A stretch of 62,825 nucleotides of DNA, the filler included, from Candidatus Huberarchaeum crystalense (lineage in GTDB: Archaea > Huberarchaeota > Huberarchaeia > Huberarchaeales > Huberarchaeaceae): the NCBI GenBank assembly GCA_002790315.1. It is 10 parts of 10 records of this genome, joined end to end, with 100 filler letters (N's around TTAATTAATTAA, not from the genome) between each part and the next. Parts side by side here need not be neighbours in the genome. Positions count along the whole stretch, not along the records: positions 46,469 to 53,158 come from PFUW01000006.1; positions 53,259 to 59,815 come from PFUW01000023.1; positions 59,916 to 61,142 come from PFUW01000019.1; 7 more parts are not named here. The stretch is one strand, 5' to 3'. Under the pieces are notes generated by a model, which saw only the letters and a program-made list of their open reading frames with translations, had not been told where the DNA came from and searched no databases. Positions 48,597 through 60,035 of the stretch are shown here, piece by piece. A program made the translations under genes and the position numbers. Numbering within the stretch: position 1 is the stretch's first letter; each line of letters begins with the position of its first letter.

Positions 48597-49958
48597 ATGA
48601 AAACTAAAAAATATGATGTTGTTATTGTTGGAGCAGGTCCTGGCGGTGCGATCGCAGCAAAAACATTAGACAATTCTGGTTTGTCGGTTTGTTTAATAGA
48701 CGCAAAACCGCGTGAAAATATTGGTGAAAAGGTCTGTGGCGATGCAATTGAAAAAGAGATTTTTGATTTCTTGCATGAAAAACTAAATCTTGATTATCCC
48801 AACAAAGAGGTGAAAAATAAAGTAAAGGGGATAAAGATCTTTTCTCCTGATAAAAAAACAATATTTAAAATAGAAACAAAAAACAAAGGATATCTGCTTG
48901 ATCGTTTAAAATTTGGTCAACACCTTCTGAGGCAAATAAAAAAAGCAACTCTGATGGATAACACTTTGTTTGTGGATTTTTTTGATGAGGGTGTTGTTGT
49001 TGAAAGAAAAATAAATAATAAAACAGAAATTGAAAAAATAAAATGTAAAATAGTGGTTGATGCATCTGGTTTTAATGCAATAGTAAGAACAAAAACAGCA
49101 GACAACATATTTTTTGAAAAAAACATTGATAAAAAAGATATTTCTATGTGTTATAGAGAAATTAGAGAGCAAGATTTTGAAGATCAAGATTATTGTCATA
49201 TTTATATGACAAATGAGTTTTCGCACGGCGGATATGTGTGGGAATTTCCAGAAGGCAAACACTTGAATGTGGGGTTAGGGGTCTTATATCCATCAATACC
49301 TAAAATGCTATACGATAAGTATTTAGATTTCAAAGGTGAAGAATTTAAAAACAGCAAAATAATTAAAAGTGGTGGTGGCGTTGTTCCAACAAGAAGACCT
49401 ATTGACTCGCTCGTTGCAATGCATAATAAAATAGGAGTTATGTTTGTTGGTGATGCTGCTTGCCAAGTAAATCCTATTCATGGGGGGGGAATTGCGCGCG
49501 CAATGCGTGCAGGATATTTAGCAGGAACAGCAATAAAAAAAATTTATAAACAAAATAAAAATCTTAGTAAAATTTCACTAACTAATTTGTGGGAGTATAA
49601 TTCAAAATATATGAAAAATCAAGGTAAAAACATTGCTGTGTTGGATTTATTCAGGATATTTTTGCAGAGTTTGAGCGACGATCAAATAAATTTTGGAATG
49701 GGTATTGGTTTAATAAAAGAGAAAGACCTAATAAACCTTTCAAATACAGGAGAAATAAAGTTAAATATTGTGGAAAAAATAAGTAGATTAGCAAAAGGTA
49801 TCTCTGATTTAAACACAACAAAAAAATTTATATATACTTTGGAGAAAATAAAGAAAATAAAAAAATTGTATGAGGAATATCCAAATCAAGAGGGGTTTTT
49901 AGATTGGAAAAAAAGCATAGAAAAAATTTACATTGATCTGAAAAAAAATATGCTCTAA
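48597..49958 (+). CDS. Geranylgeranyl reductase family (digeranylgeranylglycerophospholipid reductase-like)
   Basis: DVVIVGAGPGG, K.CG, DR..F, DA.G, GGY.W.FP, VGDAA..VNPI.GGGI..A. Confidence 0.88.
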   Translation: MKTKKYDVVIVGAGPGGAIAAKTLDNSGLSVCLIDAKPRENIGEKVCGDAIEKEIFDFLHEKLNLDYPNKEVKNKVKGIKIFSPDKKTIFKIETKNKGYLLDRLKFGQHLLRQIKKATLMDNTLFVDFFDEGVVVERKINNKTEIEKIKCKIVVDASGFNAIVRTKTADNIFFEKNIDKKDISMCYREIREQDFEDQDYCHIYMTNEFSHGGYVWEFPEGKHLNVGLGVLYPSIPKMLYDKYLDFKGEEFKNSKIIKSGGGVVPTRRPIDSLVAMHNKIGVMFVGDAACQVNPIHGGGIARAMRAGYLAGTAIKKIYKQNKNLSKISLTNLWEYNSKYMKNQGKNIAVLDLFRIFLQSLSDDQINFGMGIGLIKEKDLINLSNTGEIKLNIVEKISRLAKGISDLNTTKKFIYTLEKIKKIKKLYEEYPNQEGFLDWKKSIEKIYIDLKKNML

Positions 49959-50001
49959 AATTTTAGATTTTATAATTCAATTAAATATCAAACAAAAAAT
50001 T

Positions 50002-50907
50002 ATGGTGAGTGAGTATGATGTTGTTATTATTGGCTCGGGACCGTCTGGTTTGAGTGCAGCGATTTACACAGGCCAAGCAGGCCTAAAAACATTGGTTGTT
50101 GGTGGGTTTGGTTCTCAACTTTCAGAAGCGCCGCACGTAACAAATTATCTTGGTTTTGAATCTGTCTCAGGAGTTGAATTGCTTGCTAAATTTGAAACCC
50201 ATATAAAAAAGATTCCAAATATTGAACTTAAATTTGAAGATGTTGTTGAAATAACAAAAGGGCGCGCGATCATAACAAGCAAAACAACTTACAAAACAAA
50301 GGCAGTAATTATTGCTAGTGGAGCAGGACATAATAAACTCAGAATTAAAGGAGAAAATGAATTTTTGGGTAGAGGGGTTTCTTATTGCGCTGTATGTGAT
50401 GGAAATTTTTTTAAGGGAAAGGTTGTGGCTGTACTCGGCGGCGGAAATTCTGCTGTAAGTGAAGCAATTTATTTGAAAAAAGTGGCTGAAAAGGTCTATC
50501 TTATTCACCGTAGAAATGAATTTAGAGCAAATCAAACGCTTGTTGAAATAGCAAAAAAACATGGTATTAAATTTCTGACACCTTTTGTTCCCCAAGAAAT
50601 CAAGGGAAATCAGCTTGTGGAGCAACTTGTTTTGAAAAATAATGAAAATAAAGAAGAAAAAACGATTCTTGTTAATGGTGTCTTTGTTTCTGTTGGAAAA
50701 TCACCTCAAACAAATTTTTTAAAAGAGGTTGGGGTTATCTTAAATGAAAAAGGCGAAATCATAGTTGACGAGAACATGAAAACAAATATTAGTTGGATTT
50801 TTGCGGCCGGCGATGTAACTAACACTTCACTTAAGCAAATCATTACTGCTGCTAGTGATGGAGCAAAAGCAGCTATGAGTGTGCGCGAGTTTTTGAGCAA
50901 TAATTAA
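50002..50907 (+). CDS. trxB: Thioredoxin reductase
   Basis: IIGSGPSG, GRGVSYCAVCDG, GGGNSA, IHRR, FAAGD. Confidence 0.95.
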   Translation: MVSEYDVVIIGSGPSGLSAAIYTGQAGLKTLVVGGFGSQLSEAPHVTNYLGFESVSGVELLAKFETHIKKIPNIELKFEDVVEITKGRAIITSKTTYKTKAVIIASGAGHNKLRIKGENEFLGRGVSYCAVCDGNFFKGKVVAVLGGGNSAVSEAIYLKKVAEKVYLIHRRNEFRANQTLVEIAKKHGIKFLTPFVPQEIKGNQLVEQLVLKNNENKEEKTILVNGVFVSVGKSPQTNFLKEVGVILNEKGEIIVDENMKTNISWIFAAGDVTNTSLKQIITAASDGAKAAMSVREFLSNN

Positions 50908-50986
50908 CAAAAATAAATCACATATTTTTAATTACTATGTTTTCTGTAATTTTGCTATATAAATAATTTTCAATGCTTATTTTAAT

Positions 50987-52900
50987 TTATACTTCAAAAT
51001 CTTTGAAAAGAGAGAGTGAATCCATTGGCCGCGGAACAACAGTTTCTTTCCTACTGTTTAATCTATAAATAGTGTTTGAAAGAGACACTGCTTTTTTAAA
51101 TTCTCCGTGATTTATAATTATGCGTTTTGGTGGTTCTGAAAGTGATTGAATAAAAGACAAAATATCCTTGTGATCTGCGTGGCCCGAAAACCCAGAAAGT
51201 GTGTAACGTTGTAATTGAATATCTATTGTTTCAGCCCCTCCTTTATTGTTTGGAATTGTAACTTTTGAAACTCCTCCTTGTATAGCTTTACCAAGAGTGT
51301 TTGCTCCTTGATAATTAACAAAAATTAAAGAATTTAGGGGATTTGACGCCCATTTTTTAAAATACTCAAGAACAGGTCCGCCATTCATCATTCCTGCTGT
51401 CGCCAAAACAATAACTCCTTGCTGACCTATTACATTTTCTCTTTCACCTGGTGTTGAAACCTTTACAAAAATAGGATCTAAAAATGGGTTTCCGTCACGC
51501 ATTTGTCGTTGAAATGTTTCTGACAAAAATTCAGGGTATGCAGTATGAATTGCTGTTATGTCCCATAACATTCCATCAAGATAAACTTTGATTTTATGGT
51601 GTGTTTTGCGGTAATAGTTAGAAAGAACAAGCATAATATCTTGGGCGCGGCCAGAAGCCAAGACAGGAATAATTACATTCCCTTTTTGTGTAATTGTTTT
51701 GTTAATAATGGATATTAAATTGTTTTCAACTTCTTCAAAATTAGCACGAACGTCTGCTTCATGAACATCTGCTTCACCTCCATACGTGCTCTCAATAATT
51801 AAAGTATCGTTTGTTAAGATATTACTATCTGCTTTTTCTAGCAATCTTGTAGTTCCCCCATATTTTATATCTCCTGAATAAAGCACAGAATAAGCAGTAT
51901 TTTCGCCAAAAAACATAGTAGAAACCATAGCAGAGCCTAAGGCGTGTCCTGCGTTTTTAAGTGTAATCTTAACATCTGCTGCAATGTTTGTTGTCAAATC
52001 ACAAGGGAGACATATGGTATGAATAATTAACTTTCTAATGTCTTCTTCTCTAAATAAGGGCACATTATCACTGTATTTTGCTAAATCTAATTGATCTAAA
52101 AGTGCAAGCACCATCTGATCGCGCACAGGTTCTGTGCAATACACTGCCCCATTATAACCATATTTAAAAAGAAGAGGAAGAGCACCAACATGATCTAAGT
52201 GCGCATGAGTAATAACTATTGCTTTAAGCGCACCTATATTAAAACCAGGTGTATTAAATATAGGAAGCATTTGTTTATCATTATAACCAACATCAATTCC
52301 GCAATCCATAAGTATATCACTTGTGTTTGTTTGAAAAAGCAGACACGATCTTCCTACTTGACGAAAGCCACCCAGGCAAGTTAGTCGAACATATTCTAAT
52401 TTTTTCAAAGAGTCAGCATATATCTGCTGGCCCGTATGTTTTAAAAATACTTTTCTCTTTTTTGGCAAACCCCTCAACATAGATAAAATCATATTTGTCA
52501 TTGAACTTTTAATTGAAGGAAGGCGCGTAATTTCAGGAGTCCAAAAAGTGTTTGCTCTTATTTCTTTTATAAGCTGAGCTGCATTAGCATAAAATAGTTC
52601 AGGATGCAAAACATCAAGATAAACTATAGACATTTCAGGCTCAAAGTGAATATGCGACAATACAACTTCATCAGGAACTATTTTTTTTATAATTGTTTCT
52701 GCCTCTTCTATGGTTTTACACAATGAAGGTGCGGCTCTAACAAAAACACGAACTCTTAATTCAGACACTATTTGCGAAATAATAGGCTCGTTGTTTAAAA
52801 AAAAGTCCTTATTGTGTGTATAAACCACAATTTCAGCTCCTTCATATGTTATTTCGTGCACTACATTCGCAGGAATTCTTTTTTCTACTTCATTTATCAT
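50987..52900 (-). CDS. fttA: KH-domain beta-CASP ribonuclease aCPSF1/FttA
   Basis: N-terminal EG.EIVVYT; LGG.R.VGRSC, HAHLDH, AGH.LGS, ESTYG, GR.Q, FSGH.D, HGE; follows psmB as usual. Confidence 0.92.
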   Translation of the reverse strand: MINEVEKRIPANVVHEITYEGAEIVVYTHNKDFFLNNEPIISQIVSELRVRVFVRAAPSLCKTIEEAETIIKKIVPDEVVLSHIHFEPEMSIVYLDVLHPELFYANAAQLIKEIRANTFWTPEITRLPSIKSSMTNMILSMLRGLPKKRKVFLKHTGQQIYADSLKKLEYVRLTCLGGFRQVGRSCLLFQTNTSDILMDCGIDVGYNDKQMLPIFNTPGFNIGALKAIVITHAHLDHVGALPLLFKYGYNGAVYCTEPVRDQMVLALLDQLDLAKYSDNVPLFREEDIRKLIIHTICLPCDLTTNIAADVKITLKNAGHALGSAMVSTMFFGENTAYSVLYSGDIKYGGTTRLLEKADSNILTNDTLIIESTYGGEADVHEADVRANFEEVENNLISIINKTITQKGNVIIPVLASGRAQDIMLVLSNYYRKTHHKIKVYLDGMLWDITAIHTAYPEFLSETFQRQMRDGNPFLDPIFVKVSTPGERENVIGQQGVIVLATAGMMNGGPVLEYFKKWASNPLNSLIFVNYQGANTLGKAIQGGVSKVTIPNNKGGAETIDIQLQRYTLSGFSGHADHKDILSFIQSLSEPPKRIIINHGEFKKAVSLSNTIYRLNSRKETVVPRPMDSLSLFKDFEV

Positions 52901-52901
52901 T

Positions 52902-53158
52902 TTATTGTTTTGAAATTTCTCTTTCTTTTTGGAGAAGATAGTTTTTGTTTTTTACGAGAATTGCATTAATTTCTTTTTGAGAAATCTCGCGCGAACCTTG
53001 TTTATTAATTATTGCGACATCCATTGAAAAACCACCAACACCTGGCGCGCGCCTTTTTGCTTCTTGAATTGCGCGCACGCAAAGCTCAATTCCTTCTTGC
53101 TCTGTCATATTATCATGGTAGTTTTCGTCGAGAATTGTTGTTGCTTGAAATATTCCTG
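52902..53158 (-). CDS. psmB: Proteasome beta subunit, C-terminal fragment
   Basis: G..QA..IL.ENY...MT..EG..L..RAI..A..R....GG...DVA.I; psmB-aCPSF1 synteny. Confidence 0.8.
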
Positions 53159-53382
53159 NNNNNNNNNNNNNNNNNNNNNNNNNNNNNNNNNNNNNNNNNN
53201 NNTTAATTAATTAANNNNNNNNNNNNNNNNNNNNNNNNNNNNNNNNNNNNNNNNNNNNTTTGTTGGTTTAGTGCTATTTCTTGTTCAACTTTATTTTCAG
53301 GAGAGTCTTGTTTGTTAGGAGTTTTTTCTACCATATTATTTATATAATAATATTTATATAATACATTTACAACAAAAATAAT

Positions 53383-55101
53383 ATGGCAAACAGTTTAGAA
53401 GAACCGCTTTTTTGGGCAGATAATTTAGCACGAAGAATAATTAATAAGCGACCTAACAAGTTATTTTATACTATTGAAGCAGGTATTACACCAAGTGGAA
53501 ATATGCATATTGGAACTTTGCGAGAAGTGATGATTTGCAGTTTTGTTGAGCGCGCGCTTCTCGATCTTGGCAAAAGTGTGCGCTTTCTTTTTATATGGGA
53601 TGATTATGATCGTTTAAGAAAATTACCCTCTGATCTTCTCAACAGAGAAGAAATGCAGAAATATCTTTACTTTCCTGTTAGCAAAGTTTTTGATCTGTGG
53701 GGGTGCCATTCTTCTTGGGCAGAGCATTTTGAAAAACCGTTTGAAGACCAGCTTAAAATTATAGGAATTAGTCCAAAGTATATATATCAATCTGTAGAAT
53801 ATACAAAGGGCACATATGCTGAAGAATGTTTGCGCGTACTTGGGAATAAACAAACAATTACTGAAATTTTAAACAAGATCAAAACAAATAAAACAGCTGC
53901 TGAGGATTTTTTGCCAATTCAAATTTATTGTGAAAAATGCAGCAAGGACACAACACAAATTATTGAAAATCAAGGAATAAATTATAAATATTCTTGTTCG
54001 TCTTGCGGTTTTGAGGGAGCAGTTAATATATTAAAGGATTTTCATTATAAATTAGGTTGGAGAGTTGATTGGCCTATGAGGTGGAAATTTTATGATGTTG
54101 ATTTTGAATCTAGTGGAAGTGATCATTCAGTAGCTGGCGGTTCGTTTGACACAGGAAAAGAAATTATAAATCAAGTCTGGGCGCGCGAACCACCCCTTCA
54201 CCAACATTATGGTTTTATTATTGGGCGAGAAGGAGGCAAGTTGTCAAAATCAGTTGGTGGAAACATAAGTCCTGGCGATTTGTTCGAAGTATTTTCTCCA
54301 TCAATAGTGCGGTTTTTATTTGCAAGGGCGCGGCCTGAAACAGAGTATAGCATTGTCATTGATGATGAGAGTTATTTAAAAACATTTGCTGATTTTTTCA
54401 AGCACGAAGACATATATTTTAATTCAAATAATATTCGGCAAGGAATAAGTGAAAAGAATATAAAACAGTTTTGCCGTATTTATGAAATGAGTGTTGTTGG
54501 AACACCAAGTGTCATAAAACCAGTGCAACCTGACATTCGCAATCTTGTATTTTTGATGAATTTTTTCCAAACACCTCAAAAAGCGCTTGCTTATCTTAAA
54601 AAAAACCACAAAATTAAATTAAGTGTAAATGACGAAGAATTGTACTTGCAATACATGACTTGCTGTCAAAATTGGCTAAAAAAATATGCTCCTTCAAAAT
54701 ATAAATATAAACTTAGGCAGGGGGTAGATCAAGAAATTAAAAAGCAAATATTACCTTTTGAAATTGAAATAATAAAGCAAATTATAAAACTACTAAATCA
54801 GCCAAAAGTAAGTGATGAGCTTATAAAAACAAAACTTGAACAAATTACAACAGCAGATGCGCTTGACAAAAAGGCATTTTATGCTAAGATTTATCAAATA
54901 TTGTTCAGAAAAGACGAAGGTCCAAACTTTGCAGGTTTTTGCCAATACATAGGAAAAACGAAAATAGTTAAAATTTTAAAAGAATACATAAAAAAAGAAT
55001 CAGAAACAGATAATAAGATTATAGAAGAACATAAAGACAATATAAAAAAAGAAAAAGCAAAAAGAAGAATCAACAAACCAGAAAAAGAAAAGAGTGCATA
55101 A
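53383..55101 (+). CDS. lysS: Lysine--tRNA ligase, class I
   Basis: FWAD..A, GITPSG..HIG, DD.D.LRK, KL.WRVDWPMRW, DH...GGS, KLSKS.G, GP. Confidence 0.96.
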   Translation: MANSLEEPLFWADNLARRIINKRPNKLFYTIEAGITPSGNMHIGTLREVMICSFVERALLDLGKSVRFLFIWDDYDRLRKLPSDLLNREEMQKYLYFPVSKVFDLWGCHSSWAEHFEKPFEDQLKIIGISPKYIYQSVEYTKGTYAEECLRVLGNKQTITEILNKIKTNKTAAEDFLPIQIYCEKCSKDTTQIIENQGINYKYSCSSCGFEGAVNILKDFHYKLGWRVDWPMRWKFYDVDFESSGSDHSVAGGSFDTGKEIINQVWAREPPLHQHYGFIIGREGGKLSKSVGGNISPGDLFEVFSPSIVRFLFARARPETEYSIVIDDESYLKTFADFFKHEDIYFNSNNIRQGISEKNIKQFCRIYEMSVVGTPSVIKPVQPDIRNLVFLMNFFQTPQKALAYLKKNHKIKLSVNDEELYLQYMTCCQNWLKKYAPSKYKYKLRQGVDQEIKKQILPFEIEIIKQIIKLLNQPKVSDELIKTKLEQITTADALDKKAFYAKIYQILFRKDEGPNFAGFCQYIGKTKIVKILKEYIKKESETDNKIIEEHKDNIKKEKAKRRINKPEKEKSA

Positions 55102-55235
55102 AAAGCGCGCAGCCTAAGTAAAAGAGCAAATTTTGCCAAAATAATTTATATATTATTATGTTATTTAATAATATATAGATATAAAAATAAAACAAACAAA
55201 AAAGATTAGTAATGCATATAACCACTTTGTTTGTT

Positions 55236-55309
55236 GGGCTCGTAGCTCAGCCTGGTAGAGCAGCAGACTTTTAATCTGTTGGTCGCGGGTCCAAATCCCG
55301 TCGAGCCCA
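55236..55309 (+). tRNA. tRNA-Lys(TTT)
   Basis: Acceptor GGGCTCG/CGAGCCC-A; anticodon arm GCAGA-CTTTTAA-TCTGT; atypical T loop TCCAAAT. Confidence 0.95.
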
Positions 55310-55735
55310 CTTAAAAACAAAAAATCAAGAAAAACAAACAAAACTAATGTTATATTGCTTTTGTCGTTTTCTGGAAGAGTAAATTTGCATCTTCTCCTTT
55401 TTTTCATTTATATCTTGCTGAAGTTCATATAAAACTTTAAATTTTTTAATCCCTTTTTTATATCATACATTCTTTTCAGTAATAATTCCCCTTTCTTTTG
55501 GTTTATTTGTTGTTCTAATTTTAGCTTTTTTTTGTTCAACTTTTATATGTTAGACTTCCTTTAGATTGTAATTTTATTTCACCCGACAAATTTCTCCAAT
55601 TTCTATTAAGTTCTGTTCGGTCTAGGCCTTTAATAAATATTTATCTTTATTTATAAATTTATATAAAATATATATTGGTTTTCTTTCTCTTTTTTTACTT
55701 TTGGGTTTTTAATCTTTATTTTTTATTCTATTTTT

Positions 55736-56632
55736 TTAGCTTTCTTCTTTTTTTTCTTTTTCTGGTTGTTTTTTACCTTTAATTGTAATATTATCTGTGT
55801 TTCTGCTGATTTTATCAGTGATCACAGTCAGTTTTTTTACATTATCTACAAAAACAGGAAGTATTTTTTCAACAATATTGCTCATTGCAACTAGTTCTGC
55901 TGTTAATTTTTGGATGTGTTCATTCAAGGTTTTTGTTTGTTCTGTTAATTCAATGTCATTGCGTTCAATCGCAGAATTAATGTGCTTAGTTGTTACTTCT
56001 ATTGCTTTGATTTTTGCTGAAGTTTCTTTTTGTGACTCATTAATTTCATCTGCAAAGGTCTCATATTGTTTAAGTTTTTCAGCTACAATAATCTCAACTA
56101 TTCTTTCTAATTCTAACTTAATTTCTGCAATTATTTCGCCCTTTGCTTTTGCAATTCCATCAGCAATTTCCTGTGAGATGTTTGAGGTTGTAATGTTTTG
56201 ACTGCTTTCTATTTTCATTTCTGAATCAAGATAGGGTGGGGGCAAATTTGTTTGAGGATGTGGCAATGAGGGAATGACATTTACAGGGATGTTTTTTGAA
56301 ACAGGAACTTCGAAATTTTGTGAGCTAGAAACAGGAAGAGAATATGGACTTTGCTGGACTTTTTTTGATTCGACTGGCGTTGGCATTAAAGGTTGTGTTT
56401 GTGGAAAAGATGGAGGAGGTATATTTTGTAAATCAGGTAAGGTAGGAGGTAGGGGTTGTTGTAGAGGTTTATTTTGTTCTTCGATAATTCTCTTTAATTC
56501 TGCTTGAATTATTGCTTCCTGAATATCTGTCATTGAAATACCTTCATTAGAAAGGCCAGCTATGATTTGCTTGTTAGTGTACCCATTTTGTTTTAATGCA
56601 AGTACTTTTTGTAACAAGGCACCTTTTTCCAT
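55736..56632 (-). CDS. Hypothetical protein: small helical N-domain, Pro-rich linker, coiled coil
   Basis: Composition and heptad pattern; no recognised family. Confidence 0.7.
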   Translation of the reverse strand: MEKGALLQKVLALKQNGYTNKQIIAGLSNEGISMTDIQEAIIQAELKRIIEEQNKPLQQPLPPTLPDLQNIPPPSFPQTQPLMPTPVESKKVQQSPYSLPVSSSQNFEVPVSKNIPVNVIPSLPHPQTNLPPPYLDSEMKIESSQNITTSNISQEIADGIAKAKGEIIAEIKLELERIVEIIVAEKLKQYETFADEINESQKETSAKIKAIEVTTKHINSAIERNDIELTEQTKTLNEHIQKLTAELVAMSNIVEKILPVFVDNVKKLTVITDKISRNTDNITIKGKKQPEKEKKEES

Positions 56633-56703
56633 ATATTATTTATATAATGGTTAAGGGTTTGTATCGCAAATTTTTATAAATTTTTGCTTTGTAAAAATAG
56701 TTT

Positions 56704-59700
56704 ATGCCTTACAACCCGTTAAAAACAGAAAAAGAAATCCTTAACTTTTGGGAAAAAGAGCAAATCCCGCAGAAAATAACAGATTTTCAAGCGAACTTTG
56801 TGCGAACTGGTCGCAAGTTTTATGTTCTTGATGGACCCCCTTTTTTAACTGGGGTTCCGCATTTAGGTCATACACTAACATCTACACTTAAAGATGTAAT
56901 TTCAAAATTTAAACAAATGCAAGGTTATGCTGTTTGGTGGCAGCCAGGATTTGATACTCACGGCCTTCCGATCGAGGTTAAAGTTGAAGAAAAATTAGCA
57001 ATTCATTCTAAGCAAGAAATTCGAAAAAATGTTAGTGCATTTATAGCAGAATGCCAAGAATATACTAATCATGGACTTGAAGTTTGGTCACCATTATATA
57101 AAAAATTAGCTTGTTGGCGTGGATGGAAACAACCATATTTAACAAAATCTAATGAATTTATTGAAAGTGCCTGGTGGACTTTTAAACAACTTTATAACAA
57201 AGATTTATTGCGATGGGGGGAAAAGCCAGTATGGTGGTGTCCTCGTTGCCAAACTGTTTTAACAGGATATGAATCTACAGACGCATATCGCGACAAAACA
57301 GATCCTTCAATTTATATTAAATTTCCTATTGTCAATAAAAAAAATGAATTTTTGCTTGTTTGGACAACAACACCTTGGACATTAGCAGCAAATGTTGCTA
57401 TAATTGCGCACCCAGATGAAATTTATATAAAAGCAAAATATGATGATGAGATTTTAATCTTAGCAAAAAAAAGAATAGAACCCATTGCTGAAGAATCTAA
57501 AAATACAAATTATGAAATCCTCGAAGAATTTATAGGAAAAAACCTTGATGGCTTGGAATATTTGCCGATCATTGACTGCAATCAACAGCGCGAACTTTCT
57601 AAAAATCTCAAAACCCACAAAGTTTATCTTTCAATTCCTTTACTAAAGCAAAAAGCAGCAGGAAAAATTGCAGCAAAAAAAGAAATTGAACAAGAAATTG
57701 ATTTTAGTCATGTGGTTGATATGGAAACAGGTTCTGGATTAGTACATTGCGCGCCAGGACACGGAGATGTTGATGCTAAAATTGGAAAACACTATGGCTT
57801 GTTATCTGTTTCTCCTCTTGACGACGAATGCAAATTCACTGAAAAAGTTGAACAATGGCGGGGGGTTTTTGTAAAAGATGCTGACAAATCAATTATAGAA
57901 CATCTTGATAAAAACAATAAACTTTTTTTCAGCACAACAATTACACACTCTTATCCTGTTTGCTGGCGATGTAAGACTCCTTTAATAACAAGATTAAGCA
58001 ATCAACTTTTTCTTAATATATCTTCACTAAAACCAAAAATGAAAAAATTCGCAAAAGAAGAAGTATATTGGAGTCCAAAATTCGCAGAAACACAATTTTT
58101 GAATTGGATTGATGAAGCTGATAATGATTGGCCAATTTCGCGCGACAGAGTTTGGGGGATTCCAATTCCTTTATGGAAAGATGAAGATGGAAATGAAGAA
58201 GTAATTGGCTCAATTAAAGAATTAAAAGAGAAAAGTACAGAAAATTTGCCTGAAAATTTAGATTTGCATTTAAATAGAATAAGTAGCATCAAAATAAAAA
58301 GCAAATCAGGAAAAGAAATGAAACACTGTGGATATACCTTGGATGTTTGGTTTGATTCAGGGTCAGCGGGCTGGGCTTCACTTCATTACCCATTTTCAAA
58401 TATAAAAGAGCAAATTAACACTCCTGATTTTATTGCAGAAGGAGAAGATCAGATTCGCGGGTGGTTTTACAGCCAAATGGTGCTATCAACAGCAGTTTTT
58501 GATCAGCCAGCGTACAAAAAATGTTTGATGAGTGCATTTGTTTTAGATGAAAAAGGTGAAAAAATGTCTAAAAGTTTAGGAAATGGTGTTGATCCCCAAG
58601 ATGTAATTCATAAATATGGGTCTGATTTGCTTAGATTGTATCTTTTATGGGATGCTCCGTGGGACAGATTAAAATTTAACACAAAAATTCTTAGCAAAGG
58701 AATAAAAAACATAATTATAATTGATAACATACTTAACTTTTACAAAACATATTGTGAAAAAAATACAGGTAAAATAAACAGCGATGATCTAAAAAAAGAA
58801 GACAAATATATTTTGTCCAAAATAAACAGCGATGATCTAAAAAAAGAAGACAAATATATTTTGTCCAAAATAAACAATTTAATTAAAAGCACAACACAAG
58901 ACCTTGAAGATTTACAGCCCCATTTAGCAATCAAAAAAATTATTAATTTTGGCGTAAATGATTTAAGCAGAAATTATATAAAAGCAATAAGAGAACGCAT
59001 TAAAGAGAATAAAAAAGAAAAAAACAATATTTTATTAGTTTTATATTATGTTCTTGATCGCTATTTAAGATTGATGGCTCTTTTTGTACCTTTTTTTGCA
59101 GAATATTGCTGGAATCAGATCGGAAAAACAGAATCAATTCACTTACAAACATGGCCTATATTTAACAACACTTTAATTAACAATCAAATTGAGCAGACCT
59201 ATGAGTTATTTGAAGAAATTCAAGAGCGCGCAAACTTCTTGCGAAATGAAAACAAACTTTCATTGCGTTGGCCAATTGAAAAGCTTACAATCGAATTTTC
59301 TAAGCAAGGAGACAAGCAAATGCGCGCGCTTGTTGAAGAAAATCGCGACAAAATAAAAAAAGACGGGAATACAATTAATATTGAAATAGTAGAAAAAGAA
59401 ACTGAAAAAGATATAATGATAAATTACAAAACACTTGGAAATAAATACCGCGAATTGCTAAAAAAGATTGAAGAATATGTTAAAAGCAATCCTAAAATCA
59501 TTGAAAAACTTCCAACAACAATTGAGATTGAAGGACAAGACATAACACTTGAGACAGATGACATTATATTAAGATCTGTGCCTGTAAAAGATAAAACTCT
59601 TTCTATTAAAGATAATTTCAATCTGCGAATTTCAACAAAAGAAACAGATGAAGTCAAAGAGCTGCGACTTTTGGCAGAATTAAAGCGCGCGATTCAAATA

Positions 59701-59815
59701 AATCGAAAAGACGCGAACCTAAATATAACTAACAAAATCAATTTAAAAATAAAGGGCCCTAATTTTTTAAAAAAGTTTGAAAATGAAATTAAAGATGCAG
59801 TTGGGGCAAAAGATA
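56704..59815 (+). CDS. ileS: Isoleucine--tRNA ligase (3'-truncated)
   Basis: DGPP...G.PH.GH, GFDTHGLP.E, WTTTPWTL, GSG.VH.APGHG, DW.ISR.R.WG.P.P, EG.DQ.RGWF, KMSKS. Confidence 0.97.
58771..58876 (+). repeat. Perfect in-frame 48-bp tandem duplication within ileS
   Basis: Units 58771-58818 and 58819-58866 (KINSDDLKKEDKYILS x2), bounded by aaaataaaca. Confidence 0.95.
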
Positions 59816-60035
59816 NNNNNNNNNNNNNNNNNNNNNNNNNNNNNNNNNNNNNNNNNNNNTTAATTAATTAANNNNNNNNNNNNNNNNNNNNNNNNNNNNN
59901 NNNNNNNNNNNNNNNCAGGAAAATGAAGATAAAGAAAACAACAAAAATAAATTTAAAAAAAGAGCAATCATATTTTCTGCTGTCGGGCCTGAGATTTATG
60001 AATTTTAAATTTTTTTAAATAAATATAATAATATT

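Noticed and set aside
55165-55407. 80-aa ORF
   Set aside because: It is antisense to tRNA-Lys and is a shadow ORF.
55400-55640. Coding-like decayed DNA next to tRNA-Lys
   Set aside because: The frames I translated contain stops and match no recognisable family.
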